From Squalus acanthias (taxonomy: Eukaryota): 64,000 nt of DNA. The notes beneath the pieces are model-generated. The model was not told the DNA's origin and did no database searches. It was given only the letters and a program-made list of their open reading frames with translations. Position 1 is the stretch's first letter. Each line of letters opens with the position of its first letter. Shown piece after piece: positions 12,480 through 24,905 of this stretch. A program made the translations under genes and the position numbers. The stretch is from the NCBI GenBank assembly GCA_030390025.1, contig CM059433.1, positions 16,308,001-16,372,000 on the forward strand. Direction: 5' to 3'.

Positions 12480-12700
12480 TCTTTACAAAAGGGAGAGATG
12501 AGAAGTAAAGGAAGTTGGGGAGACTTGAAGGTATATTTTGCATATTTTTTCCAACTCACTTTGTAACTTCTGAGCTGCTCCCCCTGGTTTTGTACCATCT
12601 TCAAATTTGGCCAATTTGGCCTGAGTTTCTGAATCCAAGTTAATGTAAATTAGAGATGGTAGTGGTCCCAACCTGGATCCCTGGGGCATTCTGCTGAGTA
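12480..12700 (-). mobile_element. Old CR1-like RT fragment
   Basis: PQGSRLGPLPSLIYIN...AKFEDGTK, a degenerate PQGSVLGP/FADDTK. Confidence 0.65.
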
Positions 12701-12771
12701 CTCAACCCAGCCAAACCTCCCCCGCCCACCCAAAAACCACTCTAGCATAACTTCTCTAACAACAAAACATT

Positions 12772-13804
12772 GGACCTGAAATTGCGGTCGGAGGCTTCCC
12801 GCAGGCGAATGCCTCCGATCCGCAAGAAGAGTACGCACCTACCTGGTGCCTCCAGAGCTTCGGACTCTTGCGGTCCTGGGCCTGCAGCCGTACGCCTGTG
12901 TAAAGGCCTACGTATCCCAGGAGCGCATGCGGTTTGCAAGCGTCCCTGGGATCACGTGGGCCAACCCAACCAATCAAAAAGGGGGATTCCCATTATGCTT
13001 ATGGGGATTCCATTTATGTACGGAATCCCCATAAGCATAATAGGAATCCCCTTTAAAAAAAACACTTTCACACAACCTAAATAAAAATAAATCACCACAT
13101 GTTTAAAATTAAAAAAATACAATTTAATTAAACATTTAAAGCAAAAACTAAATTTAAAAAAAAAAGTAAATTTAAACATTTTTAAAGGGCCCAAAATAAC
13201 CTAAACCAATTTATAGTGATTCTTGAATGTTTAAATGATTTAAAAAACATTGGGCCGTATTTTCCGATCGGAGGCCTCCTGCGTGCAGAGGCCTCCGACC
13301 TGGAAAAATCTACGAACTTACCTGAGGGCTCCCGAGGCGCCTATACTTCTGATCCTGGACACCTCCAATCTCCAACGGGCTAAAAATAAACTTACCTTTT
13401 TTTAAAGTATTTTTAAATGATAAATGAGTGAAAACATTTTTTTTTTAATACTTTTTTTCAACTCTTATCCTGGTAAAAGCAGGCCTTATGCCTGCTTTTA
13501 CCAGGCGTAAGAATTCTAAGGGTTTTCTGCGAGCGGAGGTTCTCCAGAAAGCGGAACTCTCTGCCCGCGGAGGCCCTTCTCCAGGGCAGGCGTCCTAAAA
13601 CAGGCATTATTTGCATATGCAAAGGGACCTAACGCCCATTTCAGACATGAGCCTTGGAGTCTTTACGAATATGGTGGGCAACGCACTTCCACCGTGGAAT
13701 GTGCGCGCACATGCCCCCCCCCCCACCCCCCCCAGCCATATTGAACGCTTAGGCGCCCATTTTACGTCTGTAAAACAAGCACGAAGCCAACAAATTTCTA
13801 AACC
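12772..13804. mobile_element. Harbinger-type MITE, composite with a second related left end at 13252
   Basis: Starts GGACCTGAAATTGCGG with a subterminal hairpin and a decayed right TIR. A second start GGGCCGTATTTTCCG lies at 13252. It shares CCCTGGGATCACGTGGGCCA with the 26638 element. Confidence 0.6.
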
Positions 13805-13978
13805 AATGAATTTCTTTGCAGCTTTTTATGTAGGCAATAGTTAAAATTAAACTTAGTTTTAAAATGTATTAATAGTTGATTTAATATGCTGATTTCCGTT
13901 TAAATAATAAGTGTTATTGCCTTTTTATTCAAGATTAATTGCACATTGTTTTCCTTTTTGGCCACTCCACCCTTATAG

Positions 13979-13992
13979 AACAGCCACCTTGA
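13979..13992 (+). CDS. Candidate terminal coding exon (EQPP-stop) followed by a 3' UTR
   Basis: Acceptor ttttcctttttggccactccacccttatag; the phase-1 join gives GAA CAG CCA CCT TGA. AATAAA follows at 14300. Confidence 0.35.
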
Positions 13993-14299
13993 TTGCAGCC
14001 AATTGGGCAGATCCCATAGACAACCATAATGCACAGGTTAAACTATAACTAGGACAGTGGAATTAACTCTACGAATTGAGGAAGGCAAGTTGGACAAACC
14101 TATTTCAGGTTAGAGACTGCAAGCACTTAAACATCAGATGTTGATGGGCAAGCCTTCATGGCAAGAGTACTAATGCATCAACCAGGCTGTTGTTACTTCC
14201 ACAAGCCTTTGGATAAAATAGTGGAGAATACTGACTGATTTTTTTTCAGGCTTCAGAATGGTTGGAGTCCATATCTGACAGAGTCTGGCACTATAAATG

Positions 14300-14305
14300 A
14301 ATAAA
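14300..14305 (+). promoter_or_regulatory. Candidate polyadenylation signal
   Basis: AATAAA followed about 50 nt later by GT/T-rich sequence, downstream of the candidate last exon. Confidence 0.3.
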
Positions 14306-14559
14306 GACACAAACTTCATCTATGCCTTGACTAAATAACATACAATGTAATATGTATGTTTACTGTTGTATTTTCCTAGCTGTATTTGCCTCTTTTCTGA
14401 ATCATTGATTTTTTTTTGTTTATTGCATATCATATGTTTTCAGTATAGTGCATTGCTATTTAAAGTGTTGTTTGAGGAGTCGGGCCTGTTGTGCATATGT
14501 GACCTCAGTCGACTAGATTTATTTTCCCCCAATTTTCTCTTGAATATGCTGACTCGTGC

Positions 14560-14892
14560 TCAATACTTTACCTAAATAGCCATTCTCCATGTCAGCTTAA
14601 AGAATGAGTGTTGACAGACGGTTCGACCATTTGGGGGCGTCATGAGCGCAATCCTTCCTTCACCCAACATCCAATGTGTCACTTTTCAATGGGAGTCACT
14701 CGTCAGGAGTGGGAATCCCGGGTGACTTTTTTTTGCCCCTCCTTACCCCTGGAACACTGAAGTCGGTTGTAGCACTGCCAATATAGCCCGAGATGAGATC
14801 AGCTATTTCAGCACAGAGATTGATTTTGGGACCTTTCTGCTCTGTACTGGTCAGTGTTACAATTAGGCGGTGCATGTACCCACTGAGCAATT
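14560..14892 (-). mobile_element. Old tRNA-derived SINE, same family as 16270-16575
   Basis: The minus strand starts with A-box-like TGCTCAGTGG, then AAAGGTCCC and GCTGATCTC; colinear with the + copy at 16270. Confidence 0.6.
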
Positions 14893-15332
14893 TAGAAAGT
14901 GGTTGTTGCATTTATATAGTGCCTTTAACATAGAAACATCTTCCACGGTGCTTAAATTTCTAATAGTTATATTAGCTTGAAATGAATACTGCACTTTCCT
15001 ATCATAGAGAAGTGCAGCACAGTCCAAGTGATACTGCTTGTAATATCACTGCAGTTGAGTATTTACAATCTTGGTGTTCATGCTTGTGATAAGAGCTCCT
15101 CGTATTCAAAGATTGGGAGCCGCGATCATCGTTTACTGTAACCGAGTCCTATAATTGAGAGCACCTTTAGAGAGGCAATCGTATGTAAATGTCTGATAGT
15201 ACTTAGGAGGGAAGTCTACAACGTATCAGGTGTTCAAAGGTATTCAAATCATCTGAACACAAAAAACACTGTTGCAGCTTCAAGCTAATTCTATTTTTAT
15301 TATCAAATAAAGGTATAGTGACCATAAATATA

Positions 15333-16091
15333 GGCCCTAAATTTGCGGTCGGTATGATGACGAACTGGCAGCATTTACCGTCTTTCCGCCTTTGAAATTG
15401 ACCGCAACTTAGGGATTTAGCAATCCCGAAGTTGCGGCCTGTCAATGACGGCTCCGAAAGAGGCTGCGCTTTACCCCCGCCCCACAGAGCTGGCAATCAG
15501 TGAAATCTCATAAGTCCTTGAAACTGATGAAAACTTCGGCTCTTCCGTAAGTACACTGTTAAATTCCCCACTAAAAGTTAGACCCAAAGGGATTAGGTGT
15601 AACTGGGGTTTTAACAGCGTTATTACTGCTAAACAAACATTAAGGGCCTGGAAACTAATTTTAATTTTGCGCAGTGTGAAATTTGTCCATTTTAATAAAA
15701 AATTTAAACTTTTAAGGAACTTGATTTAAAAAAAATATATATATATTTTTTAAGTTTGTCCATCTTTATTTCAGGTTTGCCTGTTCCCCATGTGAGAGCC
15801 CTAATCTTTCTTTTGCTCTCTCTAACTATTTTAAAAGGTTAGAATTTTAAGAGCTTACTCACTTCCTTGTTCGCTGTCTGTGAGAATTCTGCCTTTTTAT
15901 TGGCTGCTTAGACAGCCTGTTGACGTCACAGCAGTTCGAACAAGGGAATCCCCACAACAGTCCGTTGAATTGAATTGAAGGTCGGAAAACCCAAACTTCT
16001 CGACACGGGGATTGCGAGATCCTTGTGCGGAGTGTACTTCCGGGCCAGCAGCAAATGCCTTCATTTCGCTGCTGACCGCAAATTCTGGGCC
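15333..16091. mobile_element. Harbinger-type MITE
   Basis: TIR GGCCCTAAATTTGCGGTC...GACCGCAAATTCTGGGCC with GC-rich arms and an AT-rich centre. Confidence 0.8.
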
Positions 16092-16269
16092 AATATCTAC
16101 ACCTTTTGGAAATTTCACTGGCTTATGAAAAATTCCTGGATGAGAGGTTCAGTAGAGTAACAAGGAAATTGGGAAAAGGAAAGACTGGGCAGTACTGAGC
16201 AAGGTTAAAGTTCTCCATTTTATCTCAGGGGTTGAAATTCTAATCTAGTTTCTCCTGTCTCGTACTTCC

Positions 16270-16575
16270 CTGATTGCTTAGTTGGTAAAGTCAGTCTATA
16301 GCCGAGATATATATATATATATAAAAGAAAACCCTGAAGGTCCCAGGATTGATTTCTGATCGATGCTAAGCTAGCTGAAGGGGAGCTATTAGCCTCAGTG
16401 TTCTTGGACTAGGGTGAAGAATAACAGCCAGAATTCCCAACCCTGAGCGCTGTCCTGTGACTTCCGCTGGAAAGCATGTGGGTGGATACTGTGTGAAAAC
16501 AGGATTCGACTCAACTGCCAACATTCACGACGTGGTCTCGCACATAAACGGTCACTCGGGCGAAGCACCAGAAGA
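16270..16575 (+). mobile_element. Old tRNA-derived SINE
   Basis: TTGCTTAGTTGG A-box-like start and GGTCCCAGGATTGATT B-box-like block; body homologous to 14560-14892. Confidence 0.55.
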
Positions 16576-17449
16576 ATCCGAGTAATTCAGCATCTGTTGG
16601 TTTTCACTGGCTAATCTTTATCTTATCAGAAAGACTGAGGATGCCTGTTGTTGGAACTGAATGTCAGGATGGAGAGGAGAACTTCTTCTAAAGTTGTGGT
16701 TAAAGCACGCAGTATACACTGAATTTTACCTGTATCTGCTTCTTACTGTAACTGAGAGCAGCGGCGTTTTATTCTTCAGCACAGTCCTCTCACCTTGATG
16801 ATGCACATAAATTCCCTTATGAAAAGCATCTGAGTCAGAAGTACACAGTTTTTTTTTTCTCTTCCGAGTCTAGACTATAGAACGTAAGAGTAAATCTCAT
16901 TGTCTGAGTTGTCATCGTTGGTCTCACAGCTGTGAAAGACCCATAACTCAAGAACAGTGCAAGTTCAAATTAGTTATATTCGTTTCTCATATGAGTGAAA
17001 GCAGGCCTAGATCAGTCTTGCACTGCTGAGAGATTCCGTTTATTTTGTCGCCGTGAATGTCCCTGGAACTTGTTAAAAATGTTGCCAGTAGCTGTCAAGT
17101 GTTAATTCACAATTTACACTTGTTTGTAATTTTTGTTTATCACTCCTGATTTATTGGCCCACTGTCCATTGAAAATATTTAACCCAAAGGAATAAACACA
17201 TAATTACTCCATTATAGTATGAAAAAATGATTACTAACATTGGAAAGCATTAGAGACCTGTGACTAATGTGTGTAAATCGTAGCAATGATTGAGTTAGAC
17301 TTGCACGCCTGCTGCGTGTTCATTTGTAATGTTGTTTGCATGATAGAAGAATGCTACAGAGGTTAAGGTTTTGATTCTGTTATTCTCTGAAGAATGTGGA
17401 GGGTCTTTCTCATTTGCTTATCCCATCATGTTGTCACTTTCTTTTGCGT

Positions 17450-18222
17450 CAGCCATGGTTAGAAACATAGAACATAGAACATAGAAAAATAGGAGCAGGA
17501 GTAGGCCATTTGGCCCTTCGAGCCTGCTCCATCATTCAATATGATCATGGCTGATCCTTTATCTCAATACCATATTCCCGCACTCTCCCCATACCCCTTG
17601 ATGCCTTTTGTGTCTAGAAATCTATCTATCTCCTCCTTGAATATATTCAGTGACTTGGCCTCCACAGCCTTTTGTGGTAGAGAATTCCACAGGTTCACCA
17701 GCCTCTGAGTGAAGAAATTTCTCCTCATCTCAGTCCTAAATGTCCTACCCCGTATCCTGAGACTGTGACCCCTCGTTCTAGACCCCCCAGCCAGGGGAAA
17801 CATCCTCCCTGCATCCAGTCTGTCTAGCCCTGTCAGAATTTTATACGTTTCAATGAGTGCTACCAATCAGTTGGTAGCACTCCTGCCTCTGAGTCAGAAG
17901 GCTGTGAGTTCAAGTCCCACTCAAGACTTGAGCACAAAATCCAGGCTGACACTTCAGTGCGGAACTGAGGGAGTGCTGCACTGTCGGAGGTGCCGTCTTT
18001 CGGATGAGACGTCTGTCCTCTCAGGTGGCGTAAAAGATCCTATGGCACTGTTTTGAAGAAGAGCAAGTGAGTTATCCCTGGTGTCCTGGTCATCATTCAT
18101 CCCTCAGCTAACACCACTAGAACAGATGATTTGGTTATTATCACATTGCTCTTTCTGAGATCTTGCTGCGTGCAAATTGGCTGCCACCTCCTACATTATA
18201 ACAGTGACTACTTCAAAAGTAC
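17450..18222 (+). mobile_element. Deu-domain SINE (SacSINE1-like) with its head interrupted by a CR1 fragment
   Basis: Head CAGCCATGGTT//CAGTTGGTAGCAC, B box GTTCAAGTCCC, Deu core TCTTTCGGATGAGACG. Confidence 0.85.
17461..17856 (-). mobile_element. CR1 3' fragment
   Basis: ORF 17564..17866 (TRGHSLRIRG, NFFTQRLVNLWNSLP) and a 7-nt ATAGAAC repeat tail. Confidence 0.93.
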
Positions 18223-18760
18223 ACCAATTCATGTTAAATGATAATTCTTGTACCTCGACTTTATTAAGAAGTATGATTGTGTTTGTCAATCATAAACTTT
18301 ACAAGAAAAAACTTTTAGGCTGTGGCTAGAGAACAATGGATATCAGCAAAAACTAATTCCTGACATTTTATTTATCGTAAGACAACATCTGGTCAGTAGC
18401 AGTGTTTATAAGAATGCAAGTTTTTGTCCCTCATGGTTAGAATGTGTTACGGCACTTGTTTTCAACCCATGGATACCGGAGAAGATGCTCTTGGGTTGCA
18501 AAACCATCTTTGTATATTGTCTGCATATAAAAGCTACAGATAAGTAGTCACAATATAGCATACAAGCTAACATTATGCTGACTATGTAGCTGCACAGAAA
18601 TAACAGGGAAGTTTTAACTAAAAAAGGTTGGCTGCTGCTGAAGCAGAAATTTCTTCAAGTATCGCTTTTTAAAAGCAGATGTTAGAGAGGTCTAATTGGG
18701 AATATGTTGATTTGGTTTTACTTCCATTAGAAAACAAGGTCAGAGACTATTCAAAACCAG

Positions 18761-21700
18761 TGGGTAGCTTTTGATTTTGTGCAATAGTGTAAAACGAGTG
18801 ATCCAATGGAAATAAAAATCGAGGGAGTTGTTAAACAGGCTGTCAATTTGCTATTGTAATATATGTGGTTAGAACAAATGAAGGACAGAGACAGAATGAG
18901 CTGCTAGTCCAGGAGCTAGTTTACTAGGCCAGAGCGAACTGAGCATGCTCATACCAAACCATGTGATAATACATTACACTGCTTTCCCCTTAAAAAAAAA
19001 ATGCACATATTCCCTCGCAAATACAACAAAACTATGGTTCCACCTTTCCCAGCATTATATCTACCAGATAACAAAAACTCTTGGCTTTTTTTTTCTTTTA
19101 AATCAACTACAAATGAACTGCAAATCCAGTTTAATAACAGGTTTGCGGCGCCTTCCTGATCCCCTTACAGAAGGTTTTGGTGTTGAGCCAATTTTCGGGC
19201 TGTTTTCTGGTTCCGAACTCCAAGAAGTAGGTACCACCACTCTGTTTTCCCACTTGATACAACCTTGCTCGCAAGACAATTCAGTACGACGGTTATGGAA
19301 TGGTTTCAACTCTGTGTTCAGACACTGATCAGTCCATCCATTCAAGGTGTTTTCATACACTCTTTTCAGTACTGAGTCCTTTTGAGTCTCATTTGCAATC
19401 TCCGTTGCATTCACAGGAAAGTCTTTGTCAACTGAACCTAGCATGAAAATCTCACCTTCACTCCCAACTGGAGTCTTCATGTGGCAACCTGGACAAAGCA
19501 TCTGTGATTGCATTTTGCTTTGAAGTGCGATGTTCAATCGTGTAGTCATATTGTGACAACAAAACTGCCCAACATTGCATTCTTGATGCGGCCATTGCAG
19601 GGATGGCAGATTTGGGCCCCAATATTGCTAGGAGCGGTTTGTGATCAGTTATCAGGGTAAAGTTTCTGCCGATCAAGAACTGTTGGAATTTCTTGATTCT
19701 AAACACTATGGCAAGTGCTTCCTTTTCAATTTGCACGTAATTTCTTTCGCTCTTTGTGAGGGTTCGTGATGCGAATGCGATTGGTTTCTCTTGGCTGTCA
19801 TCCATTGCATGGCTTATGACAGCTCCCACACCATAGCTAGAAGCATCACACGCTAACTTAAGCTCACGCTCTGTGTCATAGTGCACAAGTAGAGCATCGC
19901 TAGAGAGACTCCTCTTACAAGCGTCGTAAGCTTCCTGTTGTGCTTTTGTCCAATTCCACTTCCTTCTTGAGGAGCTCGTGCAGTGGAGCTAACATGGTCG
20001 CTAACTCTGGTAAGAAACATGCGTAGTACTGGACCATTCCAAGGAAAGATCTTAACTCAGATACGTTCTGTGACTTTGGAGCATTGATGACAGCATTAAC
20101 CTTTTCCTGAACTGGTTGCAAGCCATTTGCATCAACTTTCAGACCAAGGTACACAACCTCGGGCTGCACAAAAGCACATTTGCTCATTTTCAATTTTACA
20201 TTGTGTGAATTCAACCTTTGAAGCACTAAATCTAACAGTTCTAGATTTTCTTCCTCATTGCTTGTTGCGATCAGCACATCGTCTTGATTGCATAAGCAAT
20301 TTGGAATTCCTTACAAAATCTTATCCATTGTAGCCTGGAAGATTTTGGGGGAGAACTTTACACCATACAGCAGCTTGGTGTAGGAGTACAGTCCCTTGTG
20401 TGTGTTGATAGTGAGATACTGTTGAGTCTCTTTGTCAACATTCAGCTGAGGGTAACCGTGCGACAGGTCAAGCCTGGAGAAAACCTTTGACCCAGAGAGT
20501 GCTGCATGCAAACCTTGTGATGTAGGTAACGGGTACTGTTCATCATCAATTGCTTGGTTGATAGTAAATTTGTAGTCACCGAACAAGCGTACAGTTTTGT
20601 CTGCTTTGGGCACTACCACAATCGGGGTAGCCCATTCACTTTTGTCAGTTTTTACTAGCACTCCGTTCTCTCTGTTTCTCCAGCTCTTCCTCCACCTGAC
20701 TTTTCAACGCATAGGGGACCAGCCTTGCCTTACAATAGACAGGCTTCGCGTTGGACTTGATGCGGATATGTGCGTCATACCCAGTGATGCCCTCATAACT
20801 GGCTGAGAAGATGCTTTCGTACTTGCTCAGCATTGTGTCGAGTCGCTTCTTTGAAGCATCTACACTGAAGATGTTTTTCCAGTCTAGTTTCAACTTTCTC
20901 AACCAGTCTTTGCCCATGAGGGTTGGCCTGTTGTTGTAGCTCGCTACAATAATAGGCAGCTTTACTGACTGGCCATTGTGTTGAACTGTAGATTCCATTT
21001 GTCCACATGTCTCTAGGATTTCTCCGGAGTAGGTTTTTTACTCTACGGTACTCGTTGTGAGTGGTATTTGATTAAACTGACTCTCATATGTGTTCTTACT
21101 CATGATAGAACAGTCTGCCGCTGTGTCGGTACATATCAATATTTTGGTCATTGATCAAAAGTTTTGTACAGAAGTCTTTCTCACGACTACTAGCGCTGCC
21201 GCTAGTAGCATAGATACTGTAGATGCCTAGTTCTTCAATATCAGGTGTGTTCACTTCAATATTGTGAATTCCTCCCTTTTGTTGTCGCTGCTTTGCATTG
21301 CCACTAGAATGGTTCTTACTTCCTGCTTTCAATCTAGCTCTGCAAGCTGTTGAAATATGGCCTGGCTTCTGGCAGTGAAAACACTTCGCATTTCTGTATT
21401 GAGAGGTCTGTGGTGAGTGATTTCCATTGCAGCGATAACAATTCACTGAACTACTCTCACCGACATGCTTTTGACCCAGTCTCACAGCTTTAGGTTCGGT
21501 GGTGTCTTTGTGACTGTGGACCTCAGCTGCACTAGTCACTTGAGTTGGACGGAGCTCCCTAGCGTTCTTAGACGCCATCTCCATAGATAGGGCAATTTTG
21601 CAAGCTATGTCAAACGTTAGATTTGGAGTGTTCAGTAACTTGGACTGTGTGTGCTCATCAACCAGTCCACACACAAACTTATCTCGCAACGCACGATCCA

Positions 21701-22542
21701 AAAATATGACGAAGTTACAATGCGAAGACAGGTTTTTAAGAGCTACAATGTACTCACTGATGGTTTCACTTTGTTTTTGGTTTCTAGTACCAAACTTCTA
21801 GCTCTCTGCTATTTCTAATGGCTTTGGATCAAAATGGTCCTCGAGTTTCTCGACAATGTCTTCAAACGACGCATTCTTCGCTTTCCCTAGCGCGAGTATG
21901 TTTGTCAACATTCTGTAGACATCTGGCTCGATCTCAGTTAGAAAAATTGCTTTATTACGTTCACAAATTACTTTATTTTGAGCTTGAACATTCTTATCTG
22001 CACCTTCGGTCTCAATAATGTTATTTGCCGTAAAAAAAAAATCTCCATCCGCTCAATGTAAGAACTAAATGGTTCGCGAGCTCGGTCATACATGTCGAGG
22101 CTTCCGATGAATCCCATAGGCGTGGCCATGATTGTCCCGATCCCATTGAGCAGTGACTCAACACGCTACCTGTATACCTGTGAGAATCAACGCTGCTGTT
22201 GCTCTGTATCCATACACACGAAGGCGAAGCACAGACGATTCTGCATCAGCAGTAACATTAAAACATAGCAAAAATTTAGTTTAGGTGTCACAAATTCACC
22301 TTAAACTTTTCCAGTCGAAGGTTGAACACTGTGTCCTTCCATGATCCCTAAAAATGGCTTTGGAATCCCATCCTCATCACCAAAATGTAATATATGTGGG
22401 TAGAACAGAGACAGAATATGTTCCCGTCCAGGAGGTAGTTTACTCAGCCGGAGCGAACTGAGCATGCTCATACTAAACCATGTGATAATGTATTACAGGT
22501 ATCACCCATTTTATACTGCAGCACAAAGTCAAAATCGACCCC
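18761..22542. mobile_element. Short palindromic Harbinger-type MITE split by the Gypsy insertion
   Basis: The left arm GGGTAGCTTTTGATTTTGTGCAATAGTGTAAAACGAGTGAT is an imperfect inverted repeat of the right arm ATCACCCATTTTATACTGCAGCACAAAGTCAAAATCGACCCC. Confidence 0.65.
18855..22497 (-). mobile_element. Ty3/Gypsy LTR retrotransposon, decayed, integrase deleted
   Basis: TG...CA LTRs at 18855-18978 and 22386-22497 with flanks GCTAT/GGTAT. PBS at about 22364-22383 resembles the tRNA-Ser(GCT) 3' end, and a PPT lies next to 18979. gag starts at 22129 with CCHC knuckles, followed by protease DTA, RT (WATPIVVVPK, SRLDLS) and RNase H (CDASSYGVGAV, EKEALA). Confidence 0.93.
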
Positions 22543-23140
22543 AATATTTTTTAGTTCATGTGCGCAGACCATTAGCCATTTATATAAATAGGATGAAACA
22601 TTTTCATCAACTTGGGTAATTATTTGCTCCATTTGAGAACAAGACTTAAATCAAACGTATTTTGAAATGGAGGTTAGCAAATTGAGTATTGGAGTATATC
22701 TTCTTGAATCCACCAGGAGATAGTTATAGATTAATATATTCGCGCATAGGCCTCTTAGATTAATATGGTTTCTGAGCGACTATTCTTGAAGCCATCTGCA
22801 AGATTGTAATCTTGCGAGTTATGTACATTTTATCGAAGCATTACCAATTTGACAGCTTGGAGTGATGAGCTTTGGCACCATGATACTGAAGGCTAGCATG
22901 ATCATGTGTGCCCTTAGAATACTTCAATATACTTATATTGTATATTGCAGTCAAAGAAATAAGAAGCAACATTATATTATTTAACTATCCAAAGAACTAA
23001 GGGCATTATTCAGTACAAGAACTTATGAACAGCACAATGGACTAAGATCACCTGATCTTGCAGGGTGCACATTTCTTAAATGGATACCATCTCAGATATT
23101 ATTTCCTCCTATGGGATGACAGCATTGTCTTATTTTGTGT

Positions 23141-24905
23141 AGAATCATAGAATGGTTACAGCACAGAAGGAGGCCATTCGTCCCATCGAGCCCGTGCCGG
23201 CTCTCTGCAAGAGCACTTCAGCTAGTCCCACTCCCCGCCCTTTCCCCGTAGCCCTGCAAATTTATTTCTTTTAGGTACGTATCTAATTTCCTTTTGAAAG
23301 CCACAATTGAATCTGCCTGCACCACCCTTTCAGGCAGTGCATTCCAGATCCTATCCACTCGCTGCATAAAAAGGTTTTTCCCAATGTCGCCTTTGGGCCT
23401 TCTGCCAGTCACCTTAAATCTGTGTCCTCTGGTTCTCGACCCTTGCGCCAATGGGAGCAGTTTCCCTCTATCTACTCTGTCCAGACCCCTCATGATTTTG
23501 AACACCTCTATCAAATCTCCTCTCAAACTTCTCTGCTCTAAGGAGAACAACCCCAGTTTCTCCAGTCTATCCAAGTAACTGAAGTCCCTCATCCCTGGAA
23601 CCATTTTTGTAGATCTTTTCTGCACCCTCTCTAAAGCCTTCACCTAAAGTGCAGTGCCCAGAATTGGACGCAATACTCCAGTTGTGGCCGAACCAGTGTT
23701 TTATAAAGGTTCATCATAACTTCCTTGTTTTTGTACTCTATGGGCTGGATCTTACCTGAGGAGGCGCGATGGGGCGGGACTGCTGGTTTCCGGGTTCTAG
23801 TCCTGCCCCCAGCAACGTCTGACGACCTGATGCTATTTTCCCCTGATTGGCCTTGTTAAGCCTGCGGGCTTGCCGGCCAATTAAGGGAAAGCCGGTGTCA
23901 GATGACGTCAGTGAATGACACTTCATCTGCCGGTTTTGTTAAAGTGATAGACTCCATAATTTTTTGACAGATGATTTGACAGTGTTTGACAGCTTTGAGG
24001 TGCTGTCAAACACTGACAATCACTGTCCATAGGTGAGCCCTTGCACCTAGGCTCACCAATGACTCTCTCCTTAGGAGAAAGCAGATGGCAGCTGCATGTG
24101 AGATTACAGAAGCCATCTGTCAATTCTCCCGATCAGATGAGGCGTCACAGAAACATCAAATCTTGTCGCCTGCAGATTCATATAAACAGAATAAAAATAT
24201 TTCTCTCTACATTCTCTCACCTGTCATACTTACCTGTGCACCATTGCACCCATCGCACCACCTCTGCAGCTGTCATTTGCACACTTACACTGCAGTAGAC
24301 CCGCAGCTCGCCTCGCTGACCCTGGCAGGGTTTCCCGCCGTCGGGAAGGCCGCATCAGCAGGCTGAAAATGGGGAAAAGCCTCTTAACTACCTGTTAATA
24401 GGCAGTTAATTGGCTCTAATCCCCTCCCCGCCGCTAGGAGACGGGTCTCTGCGCGACTCGGGGACCTGCCTCCTGGGAAGATGGTTCGGAGGCGGGTTGG
24501 GAGCGGGGTTGGGACCCGCTCCCAATTTTTCCCATTTTCCCAGCAGTCCCGCCTCCAAACCCACCTCCTCAGGGCTGGTAAAATCTAGCCCTATGCCTCT
24601 ATTTATAAAGCCCAGGATCCCGTATGCTTTTTTTAACCTCTTTCTCAACCTGTCCTGCCACCTTCAAAGATATGTGCACATATACCCCCAGGTCTCTCTG
24701 TTCATGCACCCCCTTTAGAATTGTACCCTTTAGTTTATGTTGCCTCTCCTCATTCTTCCGACCAAAATATATCACTTTGCACTTTTCTGTGTTAAACTTC
24801 ATCTGCCACGTGTCCGCCCATTCCACCAGCCTTTCTATGTTCTCTTGACGTCTCTCCCTATCCTCCTCACTGTTCACTATACTTCCAAGTTTTGTGTCAT
24901 CTGTA
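23141..24905 (-). mobile_element. CR1 3' fragment interrupted by a Harbinger-type MITE
   Basis: ORFs 24599..24877 and 23218..23643 are consecutive parts of the CR1 ORF2 C-terminus. Confidence 0.92.
23742..24591. mobile_element. Harbinger-type non-autonomous element with a 3-bp TSD (TAT)
   Basis: TIR GGGCTGGATCTTACC...GGTAAAATCTAGCCC. Removing it and one TAT restores the CR1 sequence ttgtactctatgcctctatttat (compare 1281-1303). Confidence 0.88.
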
